Source: an uncultured Trueperaceae bacterium (GTDB lineage: Bacteria; Deinococcota; Deinococci; Deinococcales; Trueperaceae). Taken from it: a stretch of DNA of 64,000 nucleotides. Location of the stretch: assembly GCA_963815215.1 (NCBI GenBank), contig CAWFFU010000011.1, positions 448,001 through 512,000 on the forward strand, given 5' to 3'. Every line of letters starts with the position of its first letter. Position 1 is the stretch's first letter. The notes under the pieces were generated by a model. The model worked only from the letters and a program-made list of their open reading frames with translations. It searched no databases and was not told where the DNA came from. The position numbers and the translations under genes are program-made. Positions 1-10,079 of this stretch are shown here, one piece after another.

Positions 1-416
1 ACCGAGACCGTGAAGGCCAACCCGAACATCAAGGTGGTCGGTGTCGTCGACGGCCAGAATGTACAGGAGGTGGCTCTCTCGGCGGCCGAGAACCTCGTGA
101 CGGCTAACCCCGACATGAACATCATCTACGCTACCGGCGAGCCGGCCCTGATCGGCGTGATCGCGGCGGTCCAGTCGCAGGGCGTTCAGGATCGGTCCGC
201 GTCATCGGATGGGACCTCACCAAGCAGGCCATCCAGGCCATCGACAGCGGCTACGTCACCGCAGTCGTGCAACAGAACCCCTACGAGGAGGGGTACCAGG
301 CGGTCCTCGCCGGCCTCAAACTCTCCAACGGCCAGGCCGTCCCTGAAGAAACCCTCATCCCCATCACGATCGTCACCAAGTACAACGTGGACCAGTTCAG
401 GAGTCTGTTCCAGTAG
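1..416 (+). CDS. Sugar ABC transporter substrate-binding protein (RbsB-like), 5'-truncated by window, apparent -1 frameshift at ~194
   Basis: NPNIKVVG..AENLVTANPDMNIIYATGE continues in another frame as VRVIGWDLT..AVVQQNPYEEGYQAV..IVTKYNV, stop TAG 414-416. Confidence 0.85.
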
Positions 417-425
417 GGAACGGAT

Positions 426-456
426 GCGCTGTGGGGGGTCGGACCCCCCACAGCGC
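426..456 (+). other. 14-bp hairpin after SBP gene (likely mRNA-stabilising stem-loop)
   Basis: GCGCTGTGGGGGGT-CGG-ACCCCCCACAGCGC perfect inverted repeat. Confidence 0.6.
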
Positions 457-463
457 CCCGACC

Positions 464-1204
464 ATGGCAGAGACCCCCATCCTCGAACTGCGCGACATCG
501 CCAAGAGCTTCGGGCCGATCACCGCTCTCAGAGGCGTCAGCCTCACCCTCCAGGCCGGGGAGGTCCTCGGCCTCGTGGGGGACAACGGCGCGGGCAAGTC
601 CACGCTCATGAAGGTGATCTCCGGCGCCTACATCCCAGACCGTGGCGAGTACCTGCTGGACGGGAAGCCGGTCCACTTCCGCTCGCCCAGGGACGCCCGC
701 AGAGAACGGGTCGAGATGGTCTACCAGGACCTGTCTCTGTGCGACACCATCGACGTCGCGAAGAACATCTTCCTGGGGCGCGAACCCGTCCGCTATCTCG
801 CCGGCCTCCCCTTCATCGACGACCGGAAGCTCCACCATGAGGCCCGGAAGATCCTCGATCGACTGCATATCAAGGTCGCGTCCACCCGCATCACCGTCAA
901 GAACCTCTCCGGCGGTCAACGCCAGGCCATCGCCATCGGCCGAGCCGTATCCTTCGCCCCGAAGGTCCTGATCCTCGACGAACCCACGGCAGCCCTTGCC
1001 GTCAAGGAAGTCGGAGAGGTCCTGGAGCTCATCGACCGGCTCCGCCAACAGGGCGTGGGCGTGATCCTCATCAGCCACCGGTTGCAGGACGTGATGCAGG
1101 TGAGCGACCGAATCATGTTCATGTACGAAGGCAAGAAGGTGGCGGAGCGCGCCACGCACGAGACCGATCTGGAAGAGGTCATCCGACTCATCGTGCAGGC
1201 CTGA
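464..1204 (+). CDS. Sugar ABC transporter ATP-binding protein
   Basis: Walker A GDNGAGKST, LSGGQRQ signature, ILDEPT. Confidence 0.95.
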   Translation: MAETPILELRDIAKSFGPITALRGVSLTLQAGEVLGLVGDNGAGKSTLMKVISGAYIPDRGEYLLDGKPVHFRSPRDARRERVEMVYQDLSLCDTIDVAKNIFLGREPVRYLAGLPFIDDRKLHHEARKILDRLHIKVASTRITVKNLSGGQRQAIAIGRAVSFAPKVLILDEPTAALAVKEVGEVLELIDRLRQQGVGVILISHRLQDVMQVSDRIMFMYEGKKVAERATHETDLEEVIRLIVQA

Positions 1205-1227
1205 CGCCGCGCCGAGAGCGAGCTCCC

Positions 1228-2217
1228 ATGAACGACACCCCCACCCGCGCTACGGCTCCACGGCGAACCGAGTTCAGCGACCCGAACATCATCTTCCAAC
1301 GCACGCTCGCCGTGATCTTCATCGCCGCGTTCGTGCTCCTGTCGGTCCTCGCCAACAACTTCTTCACCGTCAACAACCTTCTCAACATCGTGCGACAGGC
1401 AGCACCGACGCTGATCGTCGCCGTAGGCATGACGCTCGTCATCACGACCGGCGGCATCGACCTGTCCGTGGGGTCCGGGCTCGCGGTCATCGCCGTGCTA
1501 TCGGCGATCCTGCTCGCCGCTGGGTGGCCCGTGTGGCTGACCGTCATCACCATGCTCGCCATCGGCAGTCTCATCGGCCTTCTCAACGGGTACTTCACCT
1601 CCTACCAACGGATCCCTGCCTTCATCGTGACGTTGGCCACCCTGTCCATGTTGCGGGGTCTGGCTCAGCTCCTCACCAAGGGCTACTCGATCCCCGTTGA
1701 CCCATCGAGCGCATTCCTCGTCATCGGCCGCGGCCGCATCGGGATCGTACCGGTGCCCGCCATCATCGCCGTGGGCGTGGTCGTCATCGGCTTCATCGTG
1801 CTCAACAACACGCGCTTCGGGCTCTACGTTACGGGTATCGGCAGCAACGAGGAGGGGGTTCGCCGATCGGGCATCAACGTGCGCCTCATCAAGGCCTCGG
1901 TCTACATCTTGAGCGGTCTCGTCGTCGGCCTCGGCGGGATGGTGACGGCGGCCCGCCTCGCCTCCGGATCTTCGTACACCGGCGTCGCGTTCGAACTCCA
2001 GGTGATCGCCGCCGTCATCGTGGGCGGCACCAACCTCTTCGGCGGAGAGGGGCGAATGCTGGGTACCGTCATGGGGACGCTCCTGCTCGCCATGATCACC
2101 AATGGACTCATCCTCATGCACATCTCCCCCTTCTACGAGCAGATCATCGAAGGGGCCATCATCCTCACCGCAATCTGGTTCAACCTCACCATCGGGAGAC
2201 GCGGTCGCTCCGGCTAG
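1228..2217 (+). CDS. Sugar ABC transporter permease (RbsC-like)
   Basis: GGIDLSVG, PAFIVTL, ELQVIAAVIVGG motifs; multiple TM segments. Confidence 0.95.
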   Translation: MNDTPTRATAPRRTEFSDPNIIFQRTLAVIFIAAFVLLSVLANNFFTVNNLLNIVRQAAPTLIVAVGMTLVITTGGIDLSVGSGLAVIAVLSAILLAAGWPVWLTVITMLAIGSLIGLLNGYFTSYQRIPAFIVTLATLSMLRGLAQLLTKGYSIPVDPSSAFLVIGRGRIGIVPVPAIIAVGVVVIGFIVLNNTRFGLYVTGIGSNEEGVRRSGINVRLIKASVYILSGLVVGLGGMVTAARLASGSSYTGVAFELQVIAAVIVGGTNLFGGEGRMLGTVMGTLLLAMITNGLILMHISPFYEQIIEGAIILTAIWFNLTIGRRGRSG

Positions 2218-2230
2218 GAAGGCGACAGCC

Positions 2231-3309
2231 ATGTCAACGGCATCGATCCAGACCGTCCTCGGCCGGATACCGGTGGAGGCCATGGGCATCACCCTTGCAC
2301 ACGAGCACCTGCTGCTCGATGCCCGTCCCTCCTGGCATCGACCGCGCGAAGCATCGCGCCTGCACCTGGCGTCCGGGCCCGTCGAGCCGTCGATCCTCCA
2401 CGAGTTACGCAACGATCCCTTCGTCAACCTCGACAACTGCGGCCTGTTCCGCGAGGACCACGCCACCGAGGAGGCCGGCCAGTTCGCGGCGCTGGGCGGC
2501 GGCACCATCGTCGATGCCACCTGCCGGGGCATCGGCCGAGATCCGCGAGCGTTGCAGCGCATCGCCCGTGCGACCGGGCTCCACATCGTCATGGGAACCG
2601 GCTACTACCTCGAGCGCACCCACCCCCCGGAGGTTCGCGGGCTCGAGCTGGACGACCTAACCGACGTCCTCGTTCGCGACCTCGAGACCGGCGACCCCGC
2701 GACCGGCGTGCGTTCCGGGTTCATCGGCGAGATCGGCATCAGCGAGACGTTCACGGCTGCCGAGCGGAAGGTCCTGCGGGCGGCGGCCCGCGCCCAACGA
2801 GCCACCGGCGTTGCGCTCGCGTCCACCTGCCCGGTTGGCACCGCCTGGGGCACGCCGTCCTCGACGTCATCGAGGAGGAGGGCGCCGACCCCAGCCGCAC
2901 CATCCTCGACCACATGAACCCCAGCCATGCCGACAGCGACTACCAGCACGCCCTCGCGGACCGCGGGGCCTATCTCGAGTACGACATGATCGGCATGGAC
3001 TACTACTTCGCCGACCAGGAGGCGCAATCACCCTCCGATGCCGCGAACGCCGCCGCCATCGCTCGCCTCGTGACCGCGGGCTACGGCCCGCGCCTGCTCC
3101 TCTCCCACGACGTGTTCTTGAAGATGATGCTCACGCGCCACGGGGGCAACGGCTACGCGTACCTCTTGCGGCACTTCGTGCCGCGGCTGGAGCGCGAAGG
3201 GCTCTCGCACGAGGCCATTCGCGCCATGCTCGTCGACAACCCCGCCCACGCGTTCGGCACGCCGCAATCGAAAACGCCCGGATCGACCCTACCTTCGAGG
3301 AGACCATGA
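2231..3309 (+). CDS. Phosphotriesterase/PHP-family lactonase, apparent -1 frameshift at ~2820
   Basis: TLAHEHL, GGTIVDAT, GFIGEIG; continues in another frame as VHLPGW..DHMN..EYDMIG..LSHDVF. Confidence 0.85.
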
Positions 3310-4349
3310 TGTACGCCATGACCGTCCTGGGTCCGATGCCGGCGGATCGGCTCGGCACCACCCTCATCCATGAGCACGTGCTCTTCGACTTCAGCGACTA
3401 CTGGCAACCACCGACCACGGCCACCGACCTGGCACTCGCCGAGCGACCGCTCGCGATCGACGTCCTCGGGCGCGTCCGCTACGCCCCCTTCCTGCTTCGC
3501 GACAACCTCGTCCACGGTGACGAGGAGCTCGCGGTCGACGAGCTCCTCGCCGTCGCCGCCAGGGGTGGCTCCACCATCGTGGACCCGACGAACGCTTCGC
3601 TCGGCCGCGACCCGCAGGCGCTTCAACGCATCGCCCGACGGACCGGCCTCCACATCGTGATGGGAGCCGGGTACTACACCGACATCTCCCTGGACGAATC
3701 GTTCGCACGCCGCAGTGTCGAGGACATCGCCGCCGAGATCGAACGCGACGTCACGGTGGGCGTGGGTGATACCGGTGTACGTGCCGGAATCATCGGAGAG
3801 ATCGGTACCGGCGCACCCATCACCCCCGCCGAAGAACGTTCGCTTCGCGGCTCGGCACGCGCACAGGGGACCACGGGCGCGCCGCTGATGGTGCATCTGG
3901 ACGGCTGGGCCCGCGAGGGCCACCACGTCCTCGACCTCATCGCCGAGGAGGGCGGCCAGGTACAGCGCACCATCCTCTGCCACATGAACCCCTCCTGGAA
4001 CGATCCCACCTACCAAGCGGAGCTCGCGTCACGCGGCGCCTACATCGAGTACGACATGATGGGCATGACGTACTTCTATCGGCCCGCCAAGTACGCGCCC
4101 GACGATCCGAGCGCCCTCGCCGGCATCGGTTCGCTGATCGCCGCCGGCCACCGCGAGCGCGTGCTCATGAGCCACGACGTCTTCCTGAAGTCGATGCTGC
4201 GAACGTACGGCGGTCTGGGTTACACCCACATCTTCGACAACCTGGGGCCGCTGTTCGAGCACCACGGCATCGACGCTGCCGACCTCGACGGCATCCTCGT
4301 GCGGAATCCCGCCGGAGTTCTGGCGTACCTGCAGGGAGACGCACCGTGA
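3306..4349 (+). CDS. Phosphotriesterase/PHP-family lactonase (second paralog)
   Basis: TLIHEHV, GIIGEIG, MVHLDGW, CHMN, MSHDVF; ATGA overlap with upstream gene. Confidence 0.9.
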   Translation: MMYAMTVLGPMPADRLGTTLIHEHVLFDFSDYWQPPTTATDLALAERPLAIDVLGRVRYAPFLLRDNLVHGDEELAVDELLAVAARGGSTIVDPTNASLGRDPQALQRIARRTGLHIVMGAGYYTDISLDESFARRSVEDIAAEIERDVTVGVGDTGVRAGIIGEIGTGAPITPAEERSLRGSARAQGTTGAPLMVHLDGWAREGHHVLDLIAEEGGQVQRTILCHMNPSWNDPTYQAELASRGAYIEYDMMGMTYFYRPAKYAPDDPSALAGIGSLIAAGHRERVLMSHDVFLKSMLRTYGGLGYTHIFDNLGPLFEHHGIDAADLDGILVRNPAGVLAYLQGDAP

Positions 4350-5191
4350 ACGATCCATCCGTCTACAGGCCCAAGCGAAACGCCCTCGCGGAGATCTTCG
4401 GCCGAAGCAGGAACGTCGTGATCGGGGTACTCCATTGCCCACCGTTACCCGGCTCTCCGGGCTACGAGGGCGAGAACATCCAGGACCTCATCGAACGCAC
4501 GACCGAGGAAGCGACGCGCTACCAGCGCGGCGGCGTGCACGGCATCATCGTGGAGAACCACGGCGACATCCCCTTCGCCAAACCGGAAGACCTGGGCCAC
4601 GAAACGACCGCCTCGATGGCGGTGATCGCCGACCACATCCGCCGCCACACGACCATCCCGATCGGCGTCAATATCCTCGCGAACGGCGCCCGCCCGGCCA
4701 TCGCCGCCGCCAAGGCCGCGGGCGCCACCTTCGTTCGCGTCAACCAGTGGGCCAATGCCTACGTCGCCAACGAAGGCATCATCGAAGGCGAAGCTGCCCG
4801 CAGCACGCGTTACCGCGCCTGGCTCAGGGCGTCGGAGATCCGCGTCTTCGCCGACGTGCATGTGAAGCACGGCGCCCACGCCATCGTCGCCGACCGCAGC
4901 ATCGAGGAGATGGCACGTGATGCCGAGTTCTTCGACGCCGACGTCCTCATCGCCACCGGCCAACGCACCGGGAACGCCGCCTCGCTGGACGAAGCCCGCA
5001 CCATCCAAGCCGCCACACGACTCCCGACCCTCGTAGGCAGCGGCGTGACCGTCGACAACGTGGCCGACCTCCTCGGCATCGCCGACGGCGTCATCGTCGC
5101 CAGCTCACTCAAGGAGGAGGGCGTCTGGTGGACCCCGGTATCCGAAACAAGAGTGCGCGCCTTCATGGATACGGTCGGCGAACTGCCGTGA
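4346..5191 (+). CDS. BtpA/SgcQ family protein
   Basis: IGVLHCPPLPGSP, ENHGDIPF, GVNILAN, ADVHVKH, VGSGVT. Confidence 0.9.
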   Translation: MNDPSVYRPKRNALAEIFGRSRNVVIGVLHCPPLPGSPGYEGENIQDLIERTTEEATRYQRGGVHGIIVENHGDIPFAKPEDLGHETTASMAVIADHIRRHTTIPIGVNILANGARPAIAAAKAAGATFVRVNQWANAYVANEGIIEGEAARSTRYRAWLRASEIRVFADVHVKHGAHAIVADRSIEEMARDAEFFDADVLIATGQRTGNAASLDEARTIQAATRLPTLVGSGVTVDNVADLLGIADGVIVASSLKEEGVWWTPVSETRVRAFMDTVGELP

Positions 5192-5264
5192 GCAACGGCG
5201 GCACCGACACGGCGCGCCGACCACCTCCGAGTGGCTCCACCGTTGGCGCGACGGACACCTCACC

Positions 5265-6191
5265 GTGAACGCACCCGCCCCGGACCAGGGAATCGGTCCC
5301 GTGCACCTGCCTCTCCTCATGCTCGGGTACGTCAACGTCGACCTCGTCGCGCGCGTGCCGCGGCTTCCCGTGGACGGCGACCGCGTGACGGCCACTGCCG
5401 TCGACACCCACTTCGGAGGCATGGCCGCGAATGCCGCCTGCGCGGCCGCCCAGGCTGGAACCCGTCCCATCTTCTTCGGCTCGTTCGGCACGGACGCCTT
5501 CGGCCCACTGGCCGCGGCGGACCTGGCTTCCCATGGCGTGGACGTCACGCACGCATCCCATACCGCTCCGTCCACGACGAAAGCCTTGATCCTCGTCACC
5601 CCGGCGGGTGAACGCGCCATCGTCAGCGAACCCACCAGTTACGACCCCGAGCCCCTGCGCACCTTCCTGGATGGCTATCGGAGCCAGCCGGGCCTCGTCT
5701 ACACGGACGGCTATCACGTCGGCTGGGCCCACCGTGAGCTCCGGTTGGCGCGCCGCCGAGGCTTCCGGATCTACTGCGACCTCGACGGCGCCCCCGACAC
5801 CTACGACCCTGCAGACCTGTGGCAGGCGCTAGAGGTCGTCGACATCGCGCAGCTCAGCGCCTCCCTGGTGGAGCGGCTGGGACCTGCCGCAGGTGCTGCG
5901 GACGCCATCGACCGGTTGGGCGCGGTCGTGCCCGTCGTGATCCGAACGGCCGGCTCCCGTGCCGTCGCCCTCATCCGCGACGGCAACCGGACGTCGCTGC
6001 CGGTGCGCGCCGTGGACGCCGTCGACGCCACCGGAGCCGGCGACACCCTAGCGGGCACGACGCTGGCGTGGCTCGCGCGCGGTGCGCCGCTCGACGATGC
6101 CGTCCTGAACGGCATGGAGGCAGCGCGGCACGCCGTCAGGTACGTTGGTGCGCGTACTCCCGCTTCCGCCCGGCACGACGCTCGCGACTGA
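5265..6191 (+). CDS. PfkB family carbohydrate kinase
   Basis: GGMAANAA and VDATGAGDT PfkB signatures. Confidence 0.9.
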   Translation: MNAPAPDQGIGPVHLPLLMLGYVNVDLVARVPRLPVDGDRVTATAVDTHFGGMAANAACAAAQAGTRPIFFGSFGTDAFGPLAAADLASHGVDVTHASHTAPSTTKALILVTPAGERAIVSEPTSYDPEPLRTFLDGYRSQPGLVYTDGYHVGWAHRELRLARRRGFRIYCDLDGAPDTYDPADLWQALEVVDIAQLSASLVERLGPAAGAADAIDRLGAVVPVVIRTAGSRAVALIRDGNRTSLPVRAVDAVDATGAGDTLAGTTLAWLARGAPLDDAVLNGMEAARHAVRYVGARTPASARHDARD

Positions 6192-6227
6192 TCTCGGGAC
6201 GGATGCCGGCGAGCCCCACACCGTACG

Positions 6228-6254
6228 CAAACACGCGGCACACTCCGACCAAAC
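6228..6254. promoter_or_regulatory. Putative OmpR-type tandem direct repeats
   Basis: CAAAC-N6-CACAC-N6-CAAAC, 11-bp period, upstream of the response regulator. Confidence 0.45.
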
Positions 6255-6480
6255 ACCGCCACTCGATACTCCCCGTGGGAGGCGCCCCGGCAGCGGCGCC
6301 GCCATCGGAGTAGGAGCCTCGCATGCAGGGAACCGTCCAACCGATCGCAGCCGCGCCACGCGCATCCGCGGACCGGCACCGGTGCCGACGGTGGACCGGG
6401 GGGTCGCCGTGAGCCACGAGTCGTCACCGCCCGACCAAGACGGCCGGCGAGACGCCTGCCAGGCGCTATCGTTGACAGAG

Positions 6481-7191
6481 ATGGCGGCAGCGCCCGAGGT
6501 CCCCGCGGTTCAGCGCGTTCTCGTGGTCGAGGACGAGTTGACCCTCGCCCAGACGATCGAGATGTACCTGCGCCAGGAGGGCTACCGGACCGAGCGGGCG
6601 CGTGACGGCGTGCGCGCCTTGGAGCTGTTCCGTGCCGCCCGCCCCGACCTGGTGCTGCTCGACCTCGGCCTGCCAGTCCTCGACGGTACCGAGGTCCTGC
6701 GCGTCATCCGCCGCGAGTCGGACGTGCCCGTCGTCATCCTGACGGCACGTTCCGAGGAGGTGGACGAACTTCTGGGGCTCGGCCTGGGTGCCGACGACTA
6801 CCTCGTGAAACCGGTGAGCGCGCGCATGCTGATGGCCCATGTGAGGGCGGTCCTGCGACGATCCGGCAGCAGCGCCGGTACCGCGGAGCCCGAGGAGATC
6901 GCCGTGGGTCCGCTGACCGTCGACACCTACCGCATGCAGGTCCGCGTCGACGACCGGATCCTCGACCTCACTCCCACCGAGTTCCGCGTGCTCCACCATC
7001 TGGCGCGAACCCCCGCCCGCGCGACCTCGCGCACCGAACTCTACGAAGCAGCGCTGCCCGAAGGCGACGCGTTGGAGCGCGCCGTCGACATCCATATCAC
7101 CAACCTGCGACGCAAGCTCCGGCAGGCAGGGGCCGACGGCATGATCGAGACCGTGCGCGGCATCGGCTACGCCCTGGTCGAGCCAACGTGA
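6481..7191 (+). CDS. OmpR/PhoB family response regulator
   Basis: VLVVEDE, LLDLGLP, GADDYLVKP, IETVRGIGY. Confidence 0.95.
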   Translation: MAAAPEVPAVQRVLVVEDELTLAQTIEMYLRQEGYRTERARDGVRALELFRAARPDLVLLDLGLPVLDGTEVLRVIRRESDVPVVILTARSEEVDELLGLGLGADDYLVKPVSARMLMAHVRAVLRRSGSSAGTAEPEEIAVGPLTVDTYRMQVRVDDRILDLTPTEFRVLHHLARTPARATSRTELYEAALPEGDALERAVDIHITNLRRKLRQAGADGMIETVRGIGYALVEPT

Positions 7192-8429
7192 ACCGGCTCA
7201 GCATCCGGCTCGCGCTCGCCATGCTGTTGGTGGCGATCGTCTCCTTCGCGGCCGTCCCGGTCGCGGAGACGATCGCCTCGCGCACCACCTTCGCAAGCCT
7301 TCCCAGCGCCTTCCGGAAGCAGGTCATCGAGCGCACCACACCCCATCTGTTCTTCCGGACACCGTCGGGTCCCCACCAGGTCGGCGCCTCCGGGAGCCGG
7401 CTCCCGCGGCCCCCGACCGCCGCCGACGGTGAGGCCACCGACCAGGCGCTCGCCACCCAGAACGAACGACTCTTCGAGCTGCTCGGCTCGTTCCGTGCCG
7501 CGCAGCAACGAGCGGTCGTCATCGGCGTCGCCGCCGCCCTGCTGCTGGGCGTCCTACTCGCCCTGGCGCTCTCGCGCAACATCGCCGTCCCCTTCGAGGC
7601 GCTCACGCGAGCCGCTTCCAAGATCGCCGCCGGTGACTTCGGGACGCGCATGGGCCTCCGCGGTCGGCGCCTGCAGACCCGCGAGGCACGCCAGCTCACC
7701 GATGGCTTCAACGCCATGGCCGCGTCGCTGGAGACGTACGAGCATGAACGCAAGGCCATGGTGGCCGATATCGCCCATGAGCTCCGAACCCCCTTGGCGA
7801 CCATGCAGATGCGCCTGGATGCCATCCAGGACGGCCTCGTGCCCTGGGACGACAGCGAAGCGGAGCTCCTGAAGCTACACATGCGCCAGCTCGCGCGTCT
7901 GGTGGACGATCTGCGCGTCCTCTCGCTGGCCGACGCGGGCCGGCTCTCACTGCGACTCGAGGACGTGGAGCTGCGCGAGTGGCTCGACGGCGTGAGTGAG
8001 GCCCTGCGCGACGTGGCTCGGCGGGGCGGTTGCGACCTGGAGATCGACGCGACCTCCGCCGATCTGTGGGTGCGCGCCGATGCCGACCGGCTGTACCAGA
8101 TCCTGCGCAACCTGGTGGACAACGCCGCTGAGGCGATGGAGAGTGGCGGGGCGGTCCGCGTCAGCCTGCGTTTCGAAGGCTCCGAAGCGGTGTGGAGCGT
8201 CCGCGACCGAGGACCGGGCATCGACCCCTCCCAGATCGGCACCCTCTTCGAGCGCTTCTCCCACGGCCGTCGACGCGACACCCGAGGGGGAGCGGGCCGG
8301 GGCCTGGGCCTCGCCATCGTCCGTACCCTGGCTCTGCTACAGGGCGGCTCGGTGACGGCCGCCAACGTCGAGCCGGGAGCCGAGTTCACGGTCCGGCTGC
8401 CCGCCACCGAGGCCCCGGGCGCAAGCTAG
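7188..8429 (+). CDS. Sensor histidine kinase (HAMP-HisKA-HATPase, BaeS-like)
   Basis: two TM segments, IAHELRTPL, NLVDNA, DRGPGI, GLGLAI. Confidence 0.95.
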   Translation: MNRLSIRLALAMLLVAIVSFAAVPVAETIASRTTFASLPSAFRKQVIERTTPHLFFRTPSGPHQVGASGSRLPRPPTAADGEATDQALATQNERLFELLGSFRAAQQRAVVIGVAAALLLGVLLALALSRNIAVPFEALTRAASKIAAGDFGTRMGLRGRRLQTREARQLTDGFNAMAASLETYEHERKAMVADIAHELRTPLATMQMRLDAIQDGLVPWDDSEAELLKLHMRQLARLVDDLRVLSLADAGRLSLRLEDVELREWLDGVSEALRDVARRGGCDLEIDATSADLWVRADADRLYQILRNLVDNAAEAMESGGAVRVSLRFEGSEAVWSVRDRGPGIDPSQIGTLFERFSHGRRRDTRGGAGRGLGLAIVRTLALLQGGSVTAANVEPGAEFTVRLPATEAPGAS

Positions 8430-8505
8430 CGAACCCCCTTCGCCCGAGCGCCGCTGCGCCCGTGCGCGACACCGCGGGAACGGGCTCGCCACCGCGACCC
8501 TGCGG

Positions 8506-8548
8506 CATCCAAACGAACCGCAAACATCCTCTCAGTCACATCCAAACG
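8506..8548. promoter_or_regulatory. Putative OmpR-type direct repeats upstream of efflux operon
   Basis: CATCCAAACG at 8506 and 8539; CAAAC at 8510, 8521, 8543. Confidence 0.5.
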
Positions 8549-8648
8549 GCGCCCGGCCACGATGGCTCCATAGGGCACGGAGTACCCGCGCCGGAATGGA
8601 GCACGCCATGACGCCCTCATCCAGAACGATCCCCGCCTCCCAGGGAGG

Positions 8649-10079
8649 TTGACCGTGAGCAGCCCCGCAGCGATCCAACCGCGCCACCCTCGCCGCCGCG
8701 CCCGCCTCGTCGTCATCGCGGTCCTCGTGGCAGGAGCGCTCGTAGCGGGCCTGTTGGCCCTCGGCGTGATCCCCTGGCCGTTGCGCAGCGCACCCGCCGA
8801 GACCGCCAGCGTGCAGACGATGACCGTGACCACCACGAGTTACCGCGTCACCGTCGCGGGTCCCGGATCCCTCGAGGCCGCCCGCACGCTCGACGTCACC
8901 AACGAAACCGCCGGCACCATCGCCAAACTCGCCAGCGTGGGGCAGCGCGTGGCCAAGGGCGACGTCCTGGCCCAGCTCGACCCGACGCCGCACGAGCGCG
9001 CGCTACGCGACGCCAACCTGGCCCTCCAGAAGGCTCAAGTGCAGCAGGCGGCACTTCAGGCGAACCAGGACGATAACGCCGCCACCGTCGTCAAGCAGAT
9101 CGCGGAGGCCCAGGCCACCGTGACCGCCCAGGAGCGTTCGGTCTCCCGCGCCGGCGACACCGTCGCCCTGCAGGAGCGGCTGTTGGGGCTCGGCGCGGTC
9201 AGCGCGTCGGAGGCCCAGACCGCCCGCGACGACCTCGCCGACGCCACCCGCTCGCTCACCGACGCGCACCGCTCGCTCGCGAACCTCCAGGCGTCGCGAG
9301 AGCTCCAGGCGACCTCGGCGGCCCAGAACCTCAAGAACGCCCAGCTCGCCGTCGAACAACAGCGGATCGCCGTCGAGCAGGCACAGGAGGACCTCGATGC
9401 CATCACCACCACGGCGCCCTTCGACGGCGTCGTCGCCAGCGTCGCCACCGAGGTCGGCGCCTACGTGCCCGAGGACGGGACCGTCCTCACCCTGATCGAC
9501 GACACCAGCCTCGAGCTGCCCGCTCAGATCGACGAGACCGAGATCTCCAAAGTGAAGGTCGGCCAGAGCGCCTCGGTCACGCTCGACGCCATGCCCGATC
9601 GGACCTTCACGGGCACCGTCACGGCGATCGCCCCCACGGGCGAGTCCGTGTCGAACATCCCCATCTTCAAGGTGACGGTCTCGCTCGCGAACACGGACCT
9701 CGCGCTGCGCCCCGGCATGACGGCCGAAGCCGACATCGTCGTGCGGAACGTCGCCAACGCCGTCACGCTGCCACTGACCGCGCTGCAGGAGCTCCCTACC
9801 GGCACGCCGGCCGCCGCTTCGACCGCCCCCAGGGCCGACCTTCGCGCCGTGATGGTGCAGCAGCCGGATGCCAGCTTCGCCCCGGCCACCGTCGAGCTGG
9901 TCGACTCGGTGGGTTACAACGCCGTCGTCAGCGGCAAGCTGCGCCAGGGTGACGTAGTGCTGTTGACCTCCTCCGCGAGAACGACGCCTTCGAGCCCGAC
10001 CGGCACCGCCACCCAGCGCACGGGGAACCCCACGGGCATCCCAGGCATGGGCGCCGGCGGCGGGCGAGGCATGCCGTGA
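8649..10079 (+). CDS. Efflux periplasmic adaptor (MacA-like)
   Basis: N-terminal TM, GQRVAKGDVLAQLD, APFDGVV, LRPGMTA; start may be GTG 8655. Confidence 0.9.
   Translation: MTVSSPAAIQPRHPRRRARLVVIAVLVAGALVAGLLALGVIPWPLRSAPAETASVQTMTVTTTSYRVTVAGPGSLEAARTLDVTNETAGTIAKLASVGQRVAKGDVLAQLDPTPHERALRDANLALQKAQVQQAALQANQDDNAATVVKQIAEAQATVTAQERSVSRAGDTVALQERLLGLGAVSASEAQTARDDLADATRSLTDAHRSLANLQASRELQATSAAQNLKNAQLAVEQQRIAVEQAQEDLDAITTTAPFDGVVASVATEVGAYVPEDGTVLTLIDDTSLELPAQIDETEISKVKVGQSASVTLDAMPDRTFTGTVTAIAPTGESVSNIPIFKVTVSLANTDLALRPGMTAEADIVVRNVANAVTLPLTALQELPTGTPAAASTAPRADLRAVMVQQPDASFAPATVELVDSVGYNAVVSGKLRQGDVVLLTSSARTTPSSPTGTATQRTGNPTGIPGMGAGGGRGMP

Noticed and set aside
10..840. 276-aa ORF as a single gene
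   Set aside because: Only the first ~62 codons are SBP-like; the rest is out-of-frame read-through
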